Of a stretch of DNA of 64,000 bases, positions 18,181-26,857 are shown one piece after another; within the stretch, counting starts at the first letter, position 1, and the number at the start of each line of letters is the position of its first letter. The stretch lies in assembly GCA_020851235.1 (NCBI GenBank), contig JADZDD010000001.1, positions 54,619-118,618 on the forward strand, given 5' to 3'. Made by a program: the position numbers and the translations under genes. Under the pieces are notes generated by a model, which made no database searches, was not told the DNA's origin, and saw nothing but the letters and a program-made list of their open reading frames with translations. The stretch is from Burkholderiales bacterium. Lineage in GTDB: Bacteria > Pseudomonadota > Gammaproteobacteria > Burkholderiales > Casimicrobiaceae.

Positions 18181-18310
18181 CGAAGGGGAGTAGCTTTGGC
18201 AGGGTCGCATGGGCCCTGCTGCGGCATGATCGCCAATCCGGGCGCAGCCTTCGCGGACGTCCCGGTCATGCCGGCACCATCGACACTCGGGTGCAAGCGA
18301 GACCTTTGCC
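18181..18310 (+). promoter_or_regulatory. yybP-ykoY (Mn2+) riboswitch-like aptamer, plus strand
   Basis: GGGGAGTAG at 18185-18193 matches L1. ATCGACAC-TCGG-GTG is at 18280-18293 and CAAGCGAGACCTTTGCC at 18294-18310. P1.1 can pair 18181-18186 with 18303-18308. Internal hairpins are GCAGGG/CCCTGC (18199-18204/18214-18219) and GGCATGA..CCGGG/CCCGG..TCATGCC (18223-18242/18261-18272). The reverse complement lacks these motifs. Confidence 0.7.
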
Positions 18311-18395
18311 GGACCGCAGTCTCGACGATCATGTGTTGGCGTCGGGCCTGCGGGCAGGTAAAGGCCGCCAGACACTCGTCGCACTTTGCGGGTAT

Positions 18396-18428
18396 CGCGG
18401 TCGTTGCAAACGGCAACCGGAGACCGCG
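18396..18428 (+). promoter_or_regulatory. Stem-loop partly sequestering the LysR Shine-Dalgarno sequence (possible expression platform)
   Basis: CGCGGTC (18396-18402) pairs with GACCGCG (18422-18428) and encloses the hairpin GTTGC-AAACG-GCAAC. The SD GGAG (18419-18422) overlaps the 3-prime arm and the ATG is at 18431. GGTAAAGG (18357-18364) could pair with the P1.1 3-prime strand CCTTTGCC. Confidence 0.4.
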
Positions 18429-18430
18429 TC

Positions 18431-19480
18431 ATGCCGCAACCGCGAATTCGCCACTATCTGCGTCACGGCACTCTGCCCCAACTCGCCGTCTTCGAGGCGA
18501 GTGCGCGACTCAAGAGCTTCACTCGTGCCGGTGACGAGTTGCATCTCGCCCAGCCCACGGTATCGGCGCAGATCCGCAAGCTGACCGAGACGGTCGGGAC
18601 GCCGCTCTTCGAGCAGGTCGGGCGCACGCTACGACTCACGGCCGCCGGCCACTGCGTGCACGAGCACTGCCTCGAAATCCTCGCCGTGCTGAGCCACCTC
18701 GAGGAGTCGCTGCAGTCGCTGCGCGAGGTCGCCTCCGGCGACCTGCGCCTCGCGATCGCGGGGACCACCATGAGCTTCGTCACGCGCATGATCGCGACCT
18801 TCGGCGCGCGGCACCCCGACGTCGCGATCACGGTGCGTATCGACAACCGGACGCGGATGCTCGAGCGCCTCGCCGCTCGCGAGGACGACCTGTACCTCTT
18901 CGCGGATCCTCCCGAGGCAGGCGACATCGTCCGGCAGGCGGTGCTCGCGCACCCCCTCGTCGTCGTGGCCGCTCCATCGCACCCCCGGTGCCGCGCGCGC
19001 GGCCTGACGCTCGCCGACCTTGCGGGCGAGCCGCTCGTCGTGCGCGAGCGCGGCTCGGGAACGCGGGCGCGGATCGCGGCCCTCTTCGCGCAGGCGGGGG
19101 TTGCGCCGAACGTGCGGATGGAGCTCGCCTCCGACGACGCGGTACGCGAGGCGGTCCGGCACGGCGCCGGTCTGGGCATCGTGCCGCGCGATTGCGCAAT
19201 GTCGGGCAGCGGGCGTGACGAACTCGTCGAACTCGACGTCGCCGGATTCCCGCTCGTCCGGCACTGGCACTTCGCCTATGCGGCGCAGGCGCGCCTCACG
19301 CCGGCGGCGGGAGCCTTCCTGCAGCACGTGCGCGAGGCGATGCAGGAGAGCGAAGCCCGGGCGGAGCGGATCGACACGCCGGTGGTCGCGTCCGACGATC
19401 TGTACGCGACACGGCCGGCGGCGCTGGCGCTGGCCCGCCGTGCCGTGGCAACGTCCGTATTGGCCGCGCGTCCGACGTAG
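18431..19480 (+). CDS. LysR-family transcriptional regulator (349 aa)
   Basis: LPQLAVFEASARLKSFTRAGDELHLAQPTVSAQIRKLTETVGTPLFEQVGRTLRLTAAG is a LysR wHTH, followed by a substrate-binding domain. The ATG has an SD GGAG 8 nt upstream. Confidence 0.88.
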   Translation: MPQPRIRHYLRHGTLPQLAVFEASARLKSFTRAGDELHLAQPTVSAQIRKLTETVGTPLFEQVGRTLRLTAAGHCVHEHCLEILAVLSHLEESLQSLREVASGDLRLAIAGTTMSFVTRMIATFGARHPDVAITVRIDNRTRMLERLAAREDDLYLFADPPEAGDIVRQAVLAHPLVVVAAPSHPRCRARGLTLADLAGEPLVVRERGSGTRARIAALFAQAGVAPNVRMELASDDAVREAVRHGAGLGIVPRDCAMSGSGRDELVELDVAGFPLVRHWHFAYAAQARLTPAAGAFLQHVREAMQESEARAERIDTPVVASDDLYATRPAALALARRAVATSVLAARPT

Positions 19481-19503
19481 CGACCCGCCGCGTGGCGATG
19501 AAC

Positions 19504-19728
19504 CTAGGGACGCCTGCCCGGCGGCCCGGACGTGATGTGCGACGAATCGAGGTATTCCTGCTCTTCCGCGGTGAGCGGCACGCCACGGGAGGCCGGGGTC
19601 GGGACGCCCTCGGCGCGTGACGGCGCCTGGTGCGGCAACCGCGCGGCCATGAACCGCCGCAGCACCACGACGAGCACGATGGCCCCGGCGAGGATCGCCG
19701 CGATCGGACCCAGGCTAAGCCAGTCCAT
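19504..19728 (-). CDS. Hypothetical small membrane protein (74 aa)
   Basis: MDWLSLGPIAAILAGAIVLVVVLRRF is a single TM helix followed by a polar tail. It lies directly downstream of the secreted-protein gene. The coding call is weak. Confidence 0.4.
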   Translation of the reverse strand: MDWLSLGPIAAILAGAIVLVVVLRRFMAARLPHQAPSRAEGVPTPASRGVPLTAEEQEYLDSSHITSGPPGRRP

Positions 19729-19755
19729 CGTGAGGGCGTCGCGTATCACGCATCG

Positions 19756-20190
19756 TCACACCTCGTCACCGCCTATTCGCTGCAGGGGTCCGAAGCAGGC
19801 GCGAAGATCCTCGCGGCGGCACACGATGAAGCGCTGCCCGCTGCGATCGAAGCGGATGTAGTTGGTCGTCTTGCGCCCGACACCGGTGATCTGGCCGCTG
19901 CAATCGGGCTTGCCATTGTCCTTGACGATCGTGTCGGTCCACGTGTAGAAGCCGCGGTTGCTGGGGGTGGCCGAGACCTTGAATTCGCTTTCCGCGACCT
20001 CGCTGCCGCTGGTGACGATCGATGTGCCGTCCGCGCGAAAACGATAGATCTCGGCACATCCCGTATCCGGGACGTCGAAGCGCCACGTCCCCACGAGCGG
20101 ATGCGCGGCGTAGAGGGAAGTGGCGCTGGCCGCGACGGTGCCGACGAGGCCAAGGGCGACGCTGAAGGTGACGACAACCCACCGGTGCAT
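19756..20190 (-). CDS. Hypothetical secreted protein (144 aa)
   Basis: MHRWVVVTFSVALGLVGTVAASA is a signal peptide. The mature part has two Cys pairs (DTGCAEIY, KPDCSGQ, FIVCRRE, LRACFG). Only the last 145 codons of track ORF 19756-20748 look coding. Confidence 0.6.
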   Translation of the reverse strand: MHRWVVVTFSVALGLVGTVAASATSLYAAHPLVGTWRFDVPDTGCAEIYRFRADGTSIVTSGSEVAESEFKVSATPSNRGFYTWTDTIVKDNGKPDCSGQITGVGRKTTNYIRFDRSGQRFIVCRREDLRACFGPLQRIGGDEV

Positions 20191-20458
20191 GACGTGTTCG
20201 ATCGGCGCCGTCGTGGGCGCCCGTGAAGTCGACGGGGACGGAAGCGGCAAGCGTAGCAGAAGCGTGCACCTGTCGCAGCTTGGGGACCGCAGGCGAGGAC
20301 CCGGGCACCGTGCACGCTCCGCGGGCGCGGCCGCAGCGCGCGCAGTCGGGCGGTACAATCCGCGCTCACGGGCGCCGCGCTCGGCACGCGGGCGTCGGCT
20401 GGCCTTGGCATCGCTACCGCTCTTCTCCCTGTCACCCGCCGCGCAAAAGGCGTGGCTC

Positions 20459-21031
20459 ATGCAGCGCCTCGCGCAGCCGGCTCCGGCCGCGGCTCGCGGC
20501 CTGAGCGACGGCGGTCGCCTGCCCGGACGCGAGGGCCCACCGCGTGATGCCGCAGTCCTCGTGCCGCTGGTGCATCGCGCAGACGGCTTGACGCTGCTCC
20601 TCACCCAGCGCAGCGCCGACCTTCCGGACCACCCGGGGCAGATCGCGCTGCCGGGTGGACGCGTCGAGCCCGGCGACGCGAACCGGGCAGCGACCGCATT
20701 GCGCGAGGCCGCCGAAGAAACGGGCCTGCCCGCGGATCGTGTGAGCATCCTGGGTGAGCTCGCAAGCTATGAGACCGTGACGGGGTATCGGGTGACCCCC
20801 ATCGTCGGTTGGGTCGAGCCGCCATTCGCGCTCACCCCCGACCCGGTCGAGGTCGCCGACGTCTTCGAAGTCCCGCTCGCTTTCGTCCTCGATCCGACGC
20901 ATCAGCAGCGCCACTCCCGGATGCAGGGGGCGCTGCGCCGTGAGTTCTGGGCGATCCCGTATCGCGATCGCTACATCTGGGGCGCGACGGCGGCGATGCT
21001 CGTGATCCTGGATCGCACACTGCGCACGTAG
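20459..21031 (+). CDS. NUDIX hydrolase, CoA pyrophosphatase type (NudL-like)
   Basis: The Nudix box is GQIALPGGRVEPGDANRAATALREAAEETGL, with the upstream motif LLLTQRSADLPDHPGQ typical of CoA pyrophosphatases. The start is uncertain. The ATG at 20459 lies downstream of a TACAAT -10 at 20353. Confidence 0.8.
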   Translation: MQRLAQPAPAAARGLSDGGRLPGREGPPRDAAVLVPLVHRADGLTLLLTQRSADLPDHPGQIALPGGRVEPGDANRAATALREAAEETGLPADRVSILGELASYETVTGYRVTPIVGWVEPPFALTPDPVEVADVFEVPLAFVLDPTHQQRHSRMQGALRREFWAIPYRDRYIWGATAAMLVILDRTLRT

Positions 21032-21078
21032 CCGGCGCGTCGGCCCCAAGCGTTCGCGTGCGGCAGCCAGGCGCTAAC

Positions 21079-22308
21079 ATGCGCGCCATGGATGCACCGC
21101 CGACGGCGCCCCGACGCGACACTCCATCGATCCCTGCCCCAACGTCACGCGTGTTTCGCGACACGGCGCTCGTCCTGCCCGGGGGTGGCGCGCGTGCCGC
21201 ATACCAGGTCGGCGCCTTGTGCGCACTGGCGCGCATCGTCGGGGAACGCGGTCCGCTCCCCTTCCCCGTCGTTTGCGGGACGTCCGCCGGCGCGCTCAAT
21301 GCGGTGGCGATCGCGCAGCACGCCGACGACTTCCGCTTCGGGGTCGCGCGGCTCGCCCGCTGGTGGCGCCGAATCGCGGTGTCGTCGATCTATCGCACCG
21401 ACTTTCGCGCCATGTGGCTGCACAGCGCGCGCTTCCTCGCCGCGGTGCTCATGGGCATGCGGCCGCCGCACGGCGTGGCGGCGATCCTCGACAACGCACC
21501 CCTTGCCGGCGTCATCGCACGCGAGTTCGACTTTCCCCGATTGCGCACGCACATCGCCAACGGCCACCTGCATGCGCTCGCCGTCAATGCCACGAGCTAC
21601 GCCACGGGATCCGCAGTGACGTTCTTCGAGGGCTCGGAGGCGCTACGCGGCTGGCAGCGGATGCGCCGCTTCGGCGCGCCGACGCAGATCGGCGCGTCGC
21701 ACCTGCTCGCGTCCACCGCGATCCCATTCCTGTTCGCGCCCGAGCGCATCGGCGACGACTACTACATGGACGGGTCGGTGCGCCAGCTCGCGCCCCTGTC
21801 GGCGCCGCTCAACCTCGGCGCGCGACGGCTCATCGTCGTCGCGGTCGATCCGTTTGCCGGGGCGTGGTCGCACCGTCCGGAGCGCGTGGGATACCCGTCC
21901 TTCGCGCAAGCCGCCGGCAACGCACTGTCCACCGTGTTCCTCGACAACCTCGTCGTCGACGTCGAGCGTGTCATGCAGGTGAATCACCTCGTCGATCACC
22001 TGGGCGCGCAGGCCGAAGCGACCGGTGCGGCGCACGTCGACGTGCTCGTGCTTGCCCCCTCCAGGGACCTGGGCGAGCTCGCGCTGGGCTTCGTCGATCA
22101 CTTCCCCCGGGCACTGCGCAACCTGTTGCGTGGCCTCGGTAGCACCGAGGGCGCCGGCGGCGATCTCATCTCGTATCTGCTCTTCGATCGCGGGTTCTGT
22201 CGCGCGCTCGCAGCGCTGGGCTACCGCGACACCATGAAGCGACGGCGTAGCGTGACCGCGTTCCTCGAAGCCGAAATCGCGACATCACCCTCGCCGTGGG
22301 CGGAGTAG
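21079..22308 (+). CDS. Patatin-like phospholipase family protein
   Basis: ALVLPGGGARAAYQVG is the oxyanion GGGxR/K motif and VCGTSAGALNA is GxSxG. DGS near YYMDGSVRQL is the catalytic Asp. The start is 21079 (ATG) or 21058 (GTG). Confidence 0.85.
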   Translation: MRAMDAPPTAPRRDTPSIPAPTSRVFRDTALVLPGGGARAAYQVGALCALARIVGERGPLPFPVVCGTSAGALNAVAIAQHADDFRFGVARLARWWRRIAVSSIYRTDFRAMWLHSARFLAAVLMGMRPPHGVAAILDNAPLAGVIAREFDFPRLRTHIANGHLHALAVNATSYATGSAVTFFEGSEALRGWQRMRRFGAPTQIGASHLLASTAIPFLFAPERIGDDYYMDGSVRQLAPLSAPLNLGARRLIVVAVDPFAGAWSHRPERVGYPSFAQAAGNALSTVFLDNLVVDVERVMQVNHLVDHLGAQAEATGAAHVDVLVLAPSRDLGELALGFVDHFPRALRNLLRGLGSTEGAGGDLISYLLFDRGFCRALAALGYRDTMKRRRSVTAFLEAEIATSPSPWAE

Positions 22309-22395
22309 CGTGGGCCGCCGCGTACCCTGCAGTGGCCACCGCGACGCGGGGTGGCACAATGCGCCTCGCGCCTTCACCCGTCCTCGTCTTCGGCC

Positions 22396-23283
22396 ATGCT
22401 GACCCGCACCTCGCCGCGCGCACGCGCCTTCGCCGGGCTTTGTCCCCACGGTTTCCATCGTGTCGCATATTTCGAGTGGGGCGATCCGGCGAACGAGCAG
22501 GTCGTGATCTGCGTCCACGGCCTCACGCGCAATGGTCGCGATTTCGACGTCCTCGCCGAGGCACTCGCGCCGACGCACCGGGTCCTCGCCGTCGACATGC
22601 CTGGCCGGGGCGCGAGCGAGTGGCTGCGCGTTCCCGAGGACTACGTGTTCACGACGTACGTTGCAACGCTCGCCGCGCTCATCGCGCGCGCGAACGTCGC
22701 CGGCGTGTCGTTCGTGGGGACGTCGATGGGCGGCCTGCTCGGCATCGTGCTCGCGGCGCAACCCGGCACGCCGATCGAGCGTCTCGTCGTCAACGACGTG
22801 GGGCCGGTGCTCGATCCCGCCGCCCTGCGGCGCATCGCGAGCTACGTTGGGCAGGACCCCACGTTTGCGTCGTTCGCCGAACTCGAGACGTACATCCGCA
22901 CCGTCTCGGCGCCGTTCGGCCCACACGACGATGCGCAATGGCGCCACCTCGCCGCGACCACGGCGCGCGAGCGTCCAGACGGCCGCTGGGGCCTGAACTA
23001 CGACCCTGGCATCGCCGTGCCGTTCTCGTCGGATCCGGCGCAGGTCGGACTGTGGCCGCTGTGGGATGCGATCCGTTGCCCGGTCCTCGTCACGCGCGGC
23101 GAGTCGTCCGATCTGCTCTCCGTGGCGACCGCGCAGGCCATGACCGAGCGCGGACCGCGGGCGACGCTGCGCACGTTCGCGGGCGTGGGTCACGCCCCCA
23201 CGTTCATGGCCGCGGATCAAGTGGCCGCGGTGACCTCCTTTCTGCGCGACGCACCCGCGCCAGCGCCCGCCACTCCGGGCTAG
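22396..23283 (+). CDS. Alpha/beta hydrolase
   Basis: VVICVHGLTRNGRDFDVLA is the HG oxyanion motif, FVGTSMGGLLG is the nucleophile elbow, and GVGHAPTF is the C-terminal His motif. Confidence 0.85.
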   Translation: MLTRTSPRARAFAGLCPHGFHRVAYFEWGDPANEQVVICVHGLTRNGRDFDVLAEALAPTHRVLAVDMPGRGASEWLRVPEDYVFTTYVATLAALIARANVAGVSFVGTSMGGLLGIVLAAQPGTPIERLVVNDVGPVLDPAALRRIASYVGQDPTFASFAELETYIRTVSAPFGPHDDAQWRHLAATTARERPDGRWGLNYDPGIAVPFSSDPAQVGLWPLWDAIRCPVLVTRGESSDLLSVATAQAMTERGPRATLRTFAGVGHAPTFMAADQVAAVTSFLRDAPAPAPATPG

Positions 23284-23448
23284 TCCCGGGGTGCGCTCGT
23301 CGCGGGAGGCGATGCGGGGGCGATTGGTTCGCTGGCGAGGGTCGTGCCCCGTGGCACGGATGTCGCTTGCGAACGTGCGATGTGATCGCCACGGTGGCGT
23401 GCCCATCGCCGTTGCCTACAATACGTGGATCACGTCGCCGGACTGCCC

Positions 23449-24993
23449 ATGGCGCTCGCGCTCAAACTTCCTCCTGTCGATCCGCATCCCGCGCACGCGC
23501 CCGAAACGCGACCCGCCAAGGTCGGGCCGTGGCTCGACGCGGCGCGTTCGCGCGACCCCATCGACGCCGCGCGCATCATCGGCGATGCCCTGGCCGCCAC
23601 CAACCGTGTCGCCATCAGCGACGGTCGGCGGCTCGAACTCGCGGAACAGTACTGGAACGCGGCCACCGCGCTGTGGCCGGTGCTCGAGCGGAGCTTCGAC
23701 GCAACACAACACCCGTTGACGGGCGCCGCCCTCGAAGCCACCAAGGCCGGCCTGACGCTGGCGAGCGAGCTTGGGGTCGCGTACAAGCGCCTGCTCGAGA
23801 ACGAGGCCGCGAAGCGGATCTCGCTGGGAGGGCAGCGCCTTCTGCTCGCACTCGTCCAGCGCTGCGTGCAGTGCACGGCGCGCGTCCTCGTCAACAGCTA
23901 CCTCGCGTACGCGCCGGTCCCGCCGCGGACCTGGTTCGACGCGCACGCGGTGTATGCGTTCGCCCGCGAGCGCAATCTCCATCTCGTGCCGCTGGGCGCA
24001 GACGCGCCCGACGTGACCGTGGAAGCGCTCGTCATCCAGTCGTTGCTGCTCGCGCTCGCCAATCCGTACGGCTTCCTCCCGGGCCAGCTCGGGCAGGTGC
24101 TGCGCTACGTGCAGCAGCACGCGCACTGGGCGAAGCTCACCGACGTTGCGCCGGTGCATCGCATGGCGAAGGCCGTGGCGATCGTTCCGATCGGGCACGA
24201 TTTTCCGCCGTTTGCCGCGAACAAGGGCGGCTCGATCGACGGCAACAAGTTCTTCCTGCTGACCTTCGACCTCGCGTTTCAGATCCAGGAGGAATTGCGC
24301 GCGCTGGCTGCAGGTGGCGCCCTTCCGGAGGGCGTCGGGCGCGATCCCGCAGCGCGCACCCGCTATCGCGCGCTCCTCGAACGCCTCCTCCGACAATGGG
24401 CGGTCCCTCCGGCGCGCCAGTTCAATCGGCTGCCGTCGCGCGCGCGCGTCGTGACTTGCGCGGGTCTCACCGGCGTGTGGCAATACAGTCGCGGCCCGCA
24501 TGCACTGGATCCGCGCACGCCCGCGGGCCTGCCCCCGATGGCGCGCTGCCAGGTCATCAATCACACCCCCGCCGGCTACGCGCTGCGCCAGATCGACACG
24601 GCACCGGCGACGCTTCGCATCGGGGATCTGGTGGCGCTGCGCATCGAGGGCCGCACGAGCCTGCAGGTGGCGATGGTGCGCTGGTTCCGGAACACGCTGA
24701 AGTCGAGCGGGCTCGAGTTCGGTTGCGAACTTCTCTCGGAGAATCCGGAAGCGGCAACGGCAGCGGCCGAGGACGCCGGGCAGGCGACACCGCAACCGGC
24801 CGTGGTTCTCCCCGACGAAGGCAGCGCGGGCGGTGACTCGGCGCCGGCGCAGATCATCGTGCCGGCTGGGGCATTCGGCGTCGAGCAGGGGATCACGCTG
24901 CGTCGGGGCAACGCCACGGGCTTTGCCGTTCTCACCAAGCTCGTCGAGCAGGGCCCGGGCTTCGAACTCTACGAATTCGTGCCTGTCGGTTGA
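23449..24993 (+). CDS. Conserved hypothetical protein with a C-terminal PilZ-like (possible c-di-GMP binding) domain
   Basis: A 514-aa ORF with high GC3. RQFNR (RxxxR, about 24415-24429) is followed about 40 aa later by VINHTPAGYALR (D/N-x-S/T-x-x-G-like, about 24553-24588). A TACAAT -10 lies at 23416-23421, just upstream. Confidence 0.7.
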   Translation: MALALKLPPVDPHPAHAPETRPAKVGPWLDAARSRDPIDAARIIGDALAATNRVAISDGRRLELAEQYWNAATALWPVLERSFDATQHPLTGAALEATKAGLTLASELGVAYKRLLENEAAKRISLGGQRLLLALVQRCVQCTARVLVNSYLAYAPVPPRTWFDAHAVYAFARERNLHLVPLGADAPDVTVEALVIQSLLLALANPYGFLPGQLGQVLRYVQQHAHWAKLTDVAPVHRMAKAVAIVPIGHDFPPFAANKGGSIDGNKFFLLTFDLAFQIQEELRALAAGGALPEGVGRDPAARTRYRALLERLLRQWAVPPARQFNRLPSRARVVTCAGLTGVWQYSRGPHALDPRTPAGLPPMARCQVINHTPAGYALRQIDTAPATLRIGDLVALRIEGRTSLQVAMVRWFRNTLKSSGLEFGCELLSENPEAATAAAEDAGQATPQPAVVLPDEGSAGGDSAPAQIIVPAGAFGVEQGITLRRGNATGFAVLTKLVEQGPGFELYEFVPVG

Positions 24994-25322
24994 TTCCGCG
25001 CCTCGGCGTCGCGGGCCTCGCCGCGCTCATCCTGCTCGAACTCCTCTGGGGGCTCGTTCTCGCCCCGTTGCCGGGCGCGCGCTTCCTGGCCGTCAAGGCG
25101 TTGCCGCTCGCGCTGCTCTTTCCGGGCGTCGCGCGCGGCGCCCGCAAGCCGCGCCAGTGGCTCGTCCTGCTGCTGCCGTTCTATTTCGCCGAAGCGCTGG
25201 TGCGGGCGCTGACCGAGCCGATGCGTCACGCGCTGGTCGCGAGTCTTGCCGCCGCGCTCGCCCTGACGACGTTCGTCGGCATGCTCCTGTGGCTCCACGC
25301 CGAGAGGCCCCGGCGTCGCTGA
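24990..25322 (+). CDS. DUF2069-like small membrane protein
   Basis: LELLWGLVLAPLPGARFLAVKALPLALLFPGVARGARKPRQWLVLLLPFYFAEALVRA matches the DUF2069 pattern as I remember it. The TTG start overlaps the upstream stop (TTGA), but the start is uncertain. Confidence 0.6.
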   Translation: MIPRLGVAGLAALILLELLWGLVLAPLPGARFLAVKALPLALLFPGVARGARKPRQWLVLLLPFYFAEALVRALTEPMRHALVASLAAALALTTFVGMLLWLHAERPRRR

Positions 25323-25345
25323 CGTTTGCGGCTTGCGACTGCGGC

Positions 25346-26311
25346 CTATCGTTTTCCGGGTTCGCGCTCGCTCGCCTTGGCGTGCGCCTCGCCGCTCAAG
25401 CCGCGTGGCAGCGGAAAGACGACGTTCTCGGCGGTACCCTTGAGTTCGGTGACGCCGCGCGCACCCAGTTCGCGCAAGCGTGCGATGACCTGCTGGACCA
25501 GGATCTCGGGTGCCGACGCGCCGGCGGTGACGCCGACGCGCTTCATGCCGGCGACCCACTCCGCACGCAACTCCTCGGCACGATCGACCATCCACGCCGG
25601 CACACCGCGATGTGCGGCCACCTCGCGCAGGCGATTCGAGTTCGAGCTGTTCGGGCTGCCGACGACGATCACCACGTCGACCTGGGGCACGATCGCACGC
25701 ACCGCATCCTGGCGGTTCTGCGTCGCGTAGCAGATGTCGTCACGCTTCGGACCGACGATATCGGGGAAGCGCGCCTTGAGCGCCGCCACGATCGCCGCGG
25801 CGTCGTCGATCGATAGCGTCGTCTGCGTGACGTACGCGAGCCGGTGTGGGTCGCGCACCACGAGCGCATCGACGTCGGCGACGGAGTCGACGAGGTGGAT
25901 CCCGCCGTCCACCTGTCCCATCGTCCCCTCGACCTCGGGATGCCCGGCGTGCCCGATCATGACGATGTCGCGGCCCTGCTCGCGCATCTTGGCGACCTCG
26001 ACGTGCACCTTGGTGACGAGCGGACAGGTGGCATCGAACACGCGCAGGCCGCGCGCCTCGGCTTCGGCCCGCACCGCCTTCGATACGCCGTGCGCCGAGA
26101 AGACGACGGTGGCTCCGACCGGGACGTCCGCGAGTTCCTCGACGAAGATCGCGCCTTTCGCCTTCAGGCCATCGACGACGAAGCGATTGTGCACGACCTC
26201 GTGGCGGACGTAGATCGGCGCGCCGAACTGCGCGAGCGCCTGTTCGACGATGGCAATCGCACGATCCACCCCGGCGCAGAAGCCGCGCGGATTGGCAAGC
26301 AGGATGTCCAT
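25346..26311 (-). CDS. ispH: 4-hydroxy-3-methylbut-2-enyl diphosphate reductase
   Basis: [19 protein letters not shown]...VRHEVVHN...[10 protein letters not shown]...IGHAGHPEV...SSNSNRL are IspH/LytB motifs including the three Fe-S cysteines. Confidence 0.92.
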   Translation of the reverse strand: MDILLANPRGFCAGVDRAIAIVEQALAQFGAPIYVRHEVVHNRFVVDGLKAKGAIFVEELADVPVGATVVFSAHGVSKAVRAEAEARGLRVFDATCPLVTKVHVEVAKMREQGRDIVMIGHAGHPEVEGTMGQVDGGIHLVDSVADVDALVVRDPHRLAYVTQTTLSIDDAAAIVAALKARFPDIVGPKRDDICYATQNRQDAVRAIVPQVDVVIVVGSPNSSNSNRLREVAAHRGVPAWMVDRAEELRAEWVAGMKRVGVTAGASAPEILVQQVIARLRELGARGVTELKGTAENVVFPLPRGLSGEAHAKASEREPGKR

Positions 26312-26322
26312 GGCAAGACCCG

Positions 26323-26817
26323 TCACTTCGCGGCCGCGCGCCGCGGTTCGCGAAAGCTGTCGAAGATGAGGAGCGCCGCGCCCACGGTGATCGCAGAATC
26401 GGCGACGTTGAACGCCGGCCACGACCAGCCGGCGTAATGGAAGAGCAGGAAATCGGTGACGCGTCCGGCGCCGATGCGGTCCCACAGGTTCCCGAGCGCA
26501 CCACCCAGGATGAGCGCGAAGCCGCACGACAGCACGCGGCTGCCACCGCGTCGCAGCATCCACACGAGGAAGACGCTGGCGACGAGCGCGATGGCGATGA
26601 AGAACCACCGCTGCCAGCCGTCGTGGTCGGCGAGGAAGCTGAACGCGGCACCGGTGTTGTAGGCGAGCACCAGGTCGAAAAACGGCGTCACGCGCATCGA
26701 CTCGCCGTCGCGAAACGTCGTCTCGACCAGGAGCTTGGTCGCGCGATCGAGCGCGACGACCGCCGCCGACAGCCACAACCATCGCGTCCAGCCGGGAGCC
26801 GATGCCGTGCCTTGCAT
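26323..26817 (-). CDS. lspA: Lipoprotein signal peptidase II
   Basis: LDRATKLLV...[16 protein letters not shown]...GALGNLWDR...VTDFL...FNVADSAI are LspA motifs. The position between ileS and ispH is the conserved one. Confidence 0.9.
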   Translation of the reverse strand: MQGTASAPGWTRWLWLSAAVVALDRATKLLVETTFRDGESMRVTPFFDLVLAYNTGAAFSFLADHDGWQRWFFIAIALVASVFLVWMLRRGGSRVLSCGFALILGGALGNLWDRIGAGRVTDFLLFHYAGWSWPAFNVADSAITVGAALLIFDSFREPRRAAAK

Positions 26818-26857
26818 GCGTGCGCTCGCGCCCGGTCGCGTCAGCGGCGCCGGCGCA

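Noticed and set aside
16699-18310. Assigning the yybP-ykoY-like element as the leader of the TerC-USP gene, the textbook pairing
   Set aside because: The conserved GGGGAGUAG and GAGACC blocks are on the plus strand only. The TerC gene is on the minus strand, and the reverse complement of 18160-18320 lacks the motifs. I found no second aptamer in 17968-18116.
19756-20748. The full 330-aa minus-strand ORF
   Set aside because: Only the last 145 codons, from the ATG at 20190, show a signal peptide and protein-like composition. The upstream part is Arg/Pro/Ala-rich and overlaps the divergent promoter and the Nudix gene.
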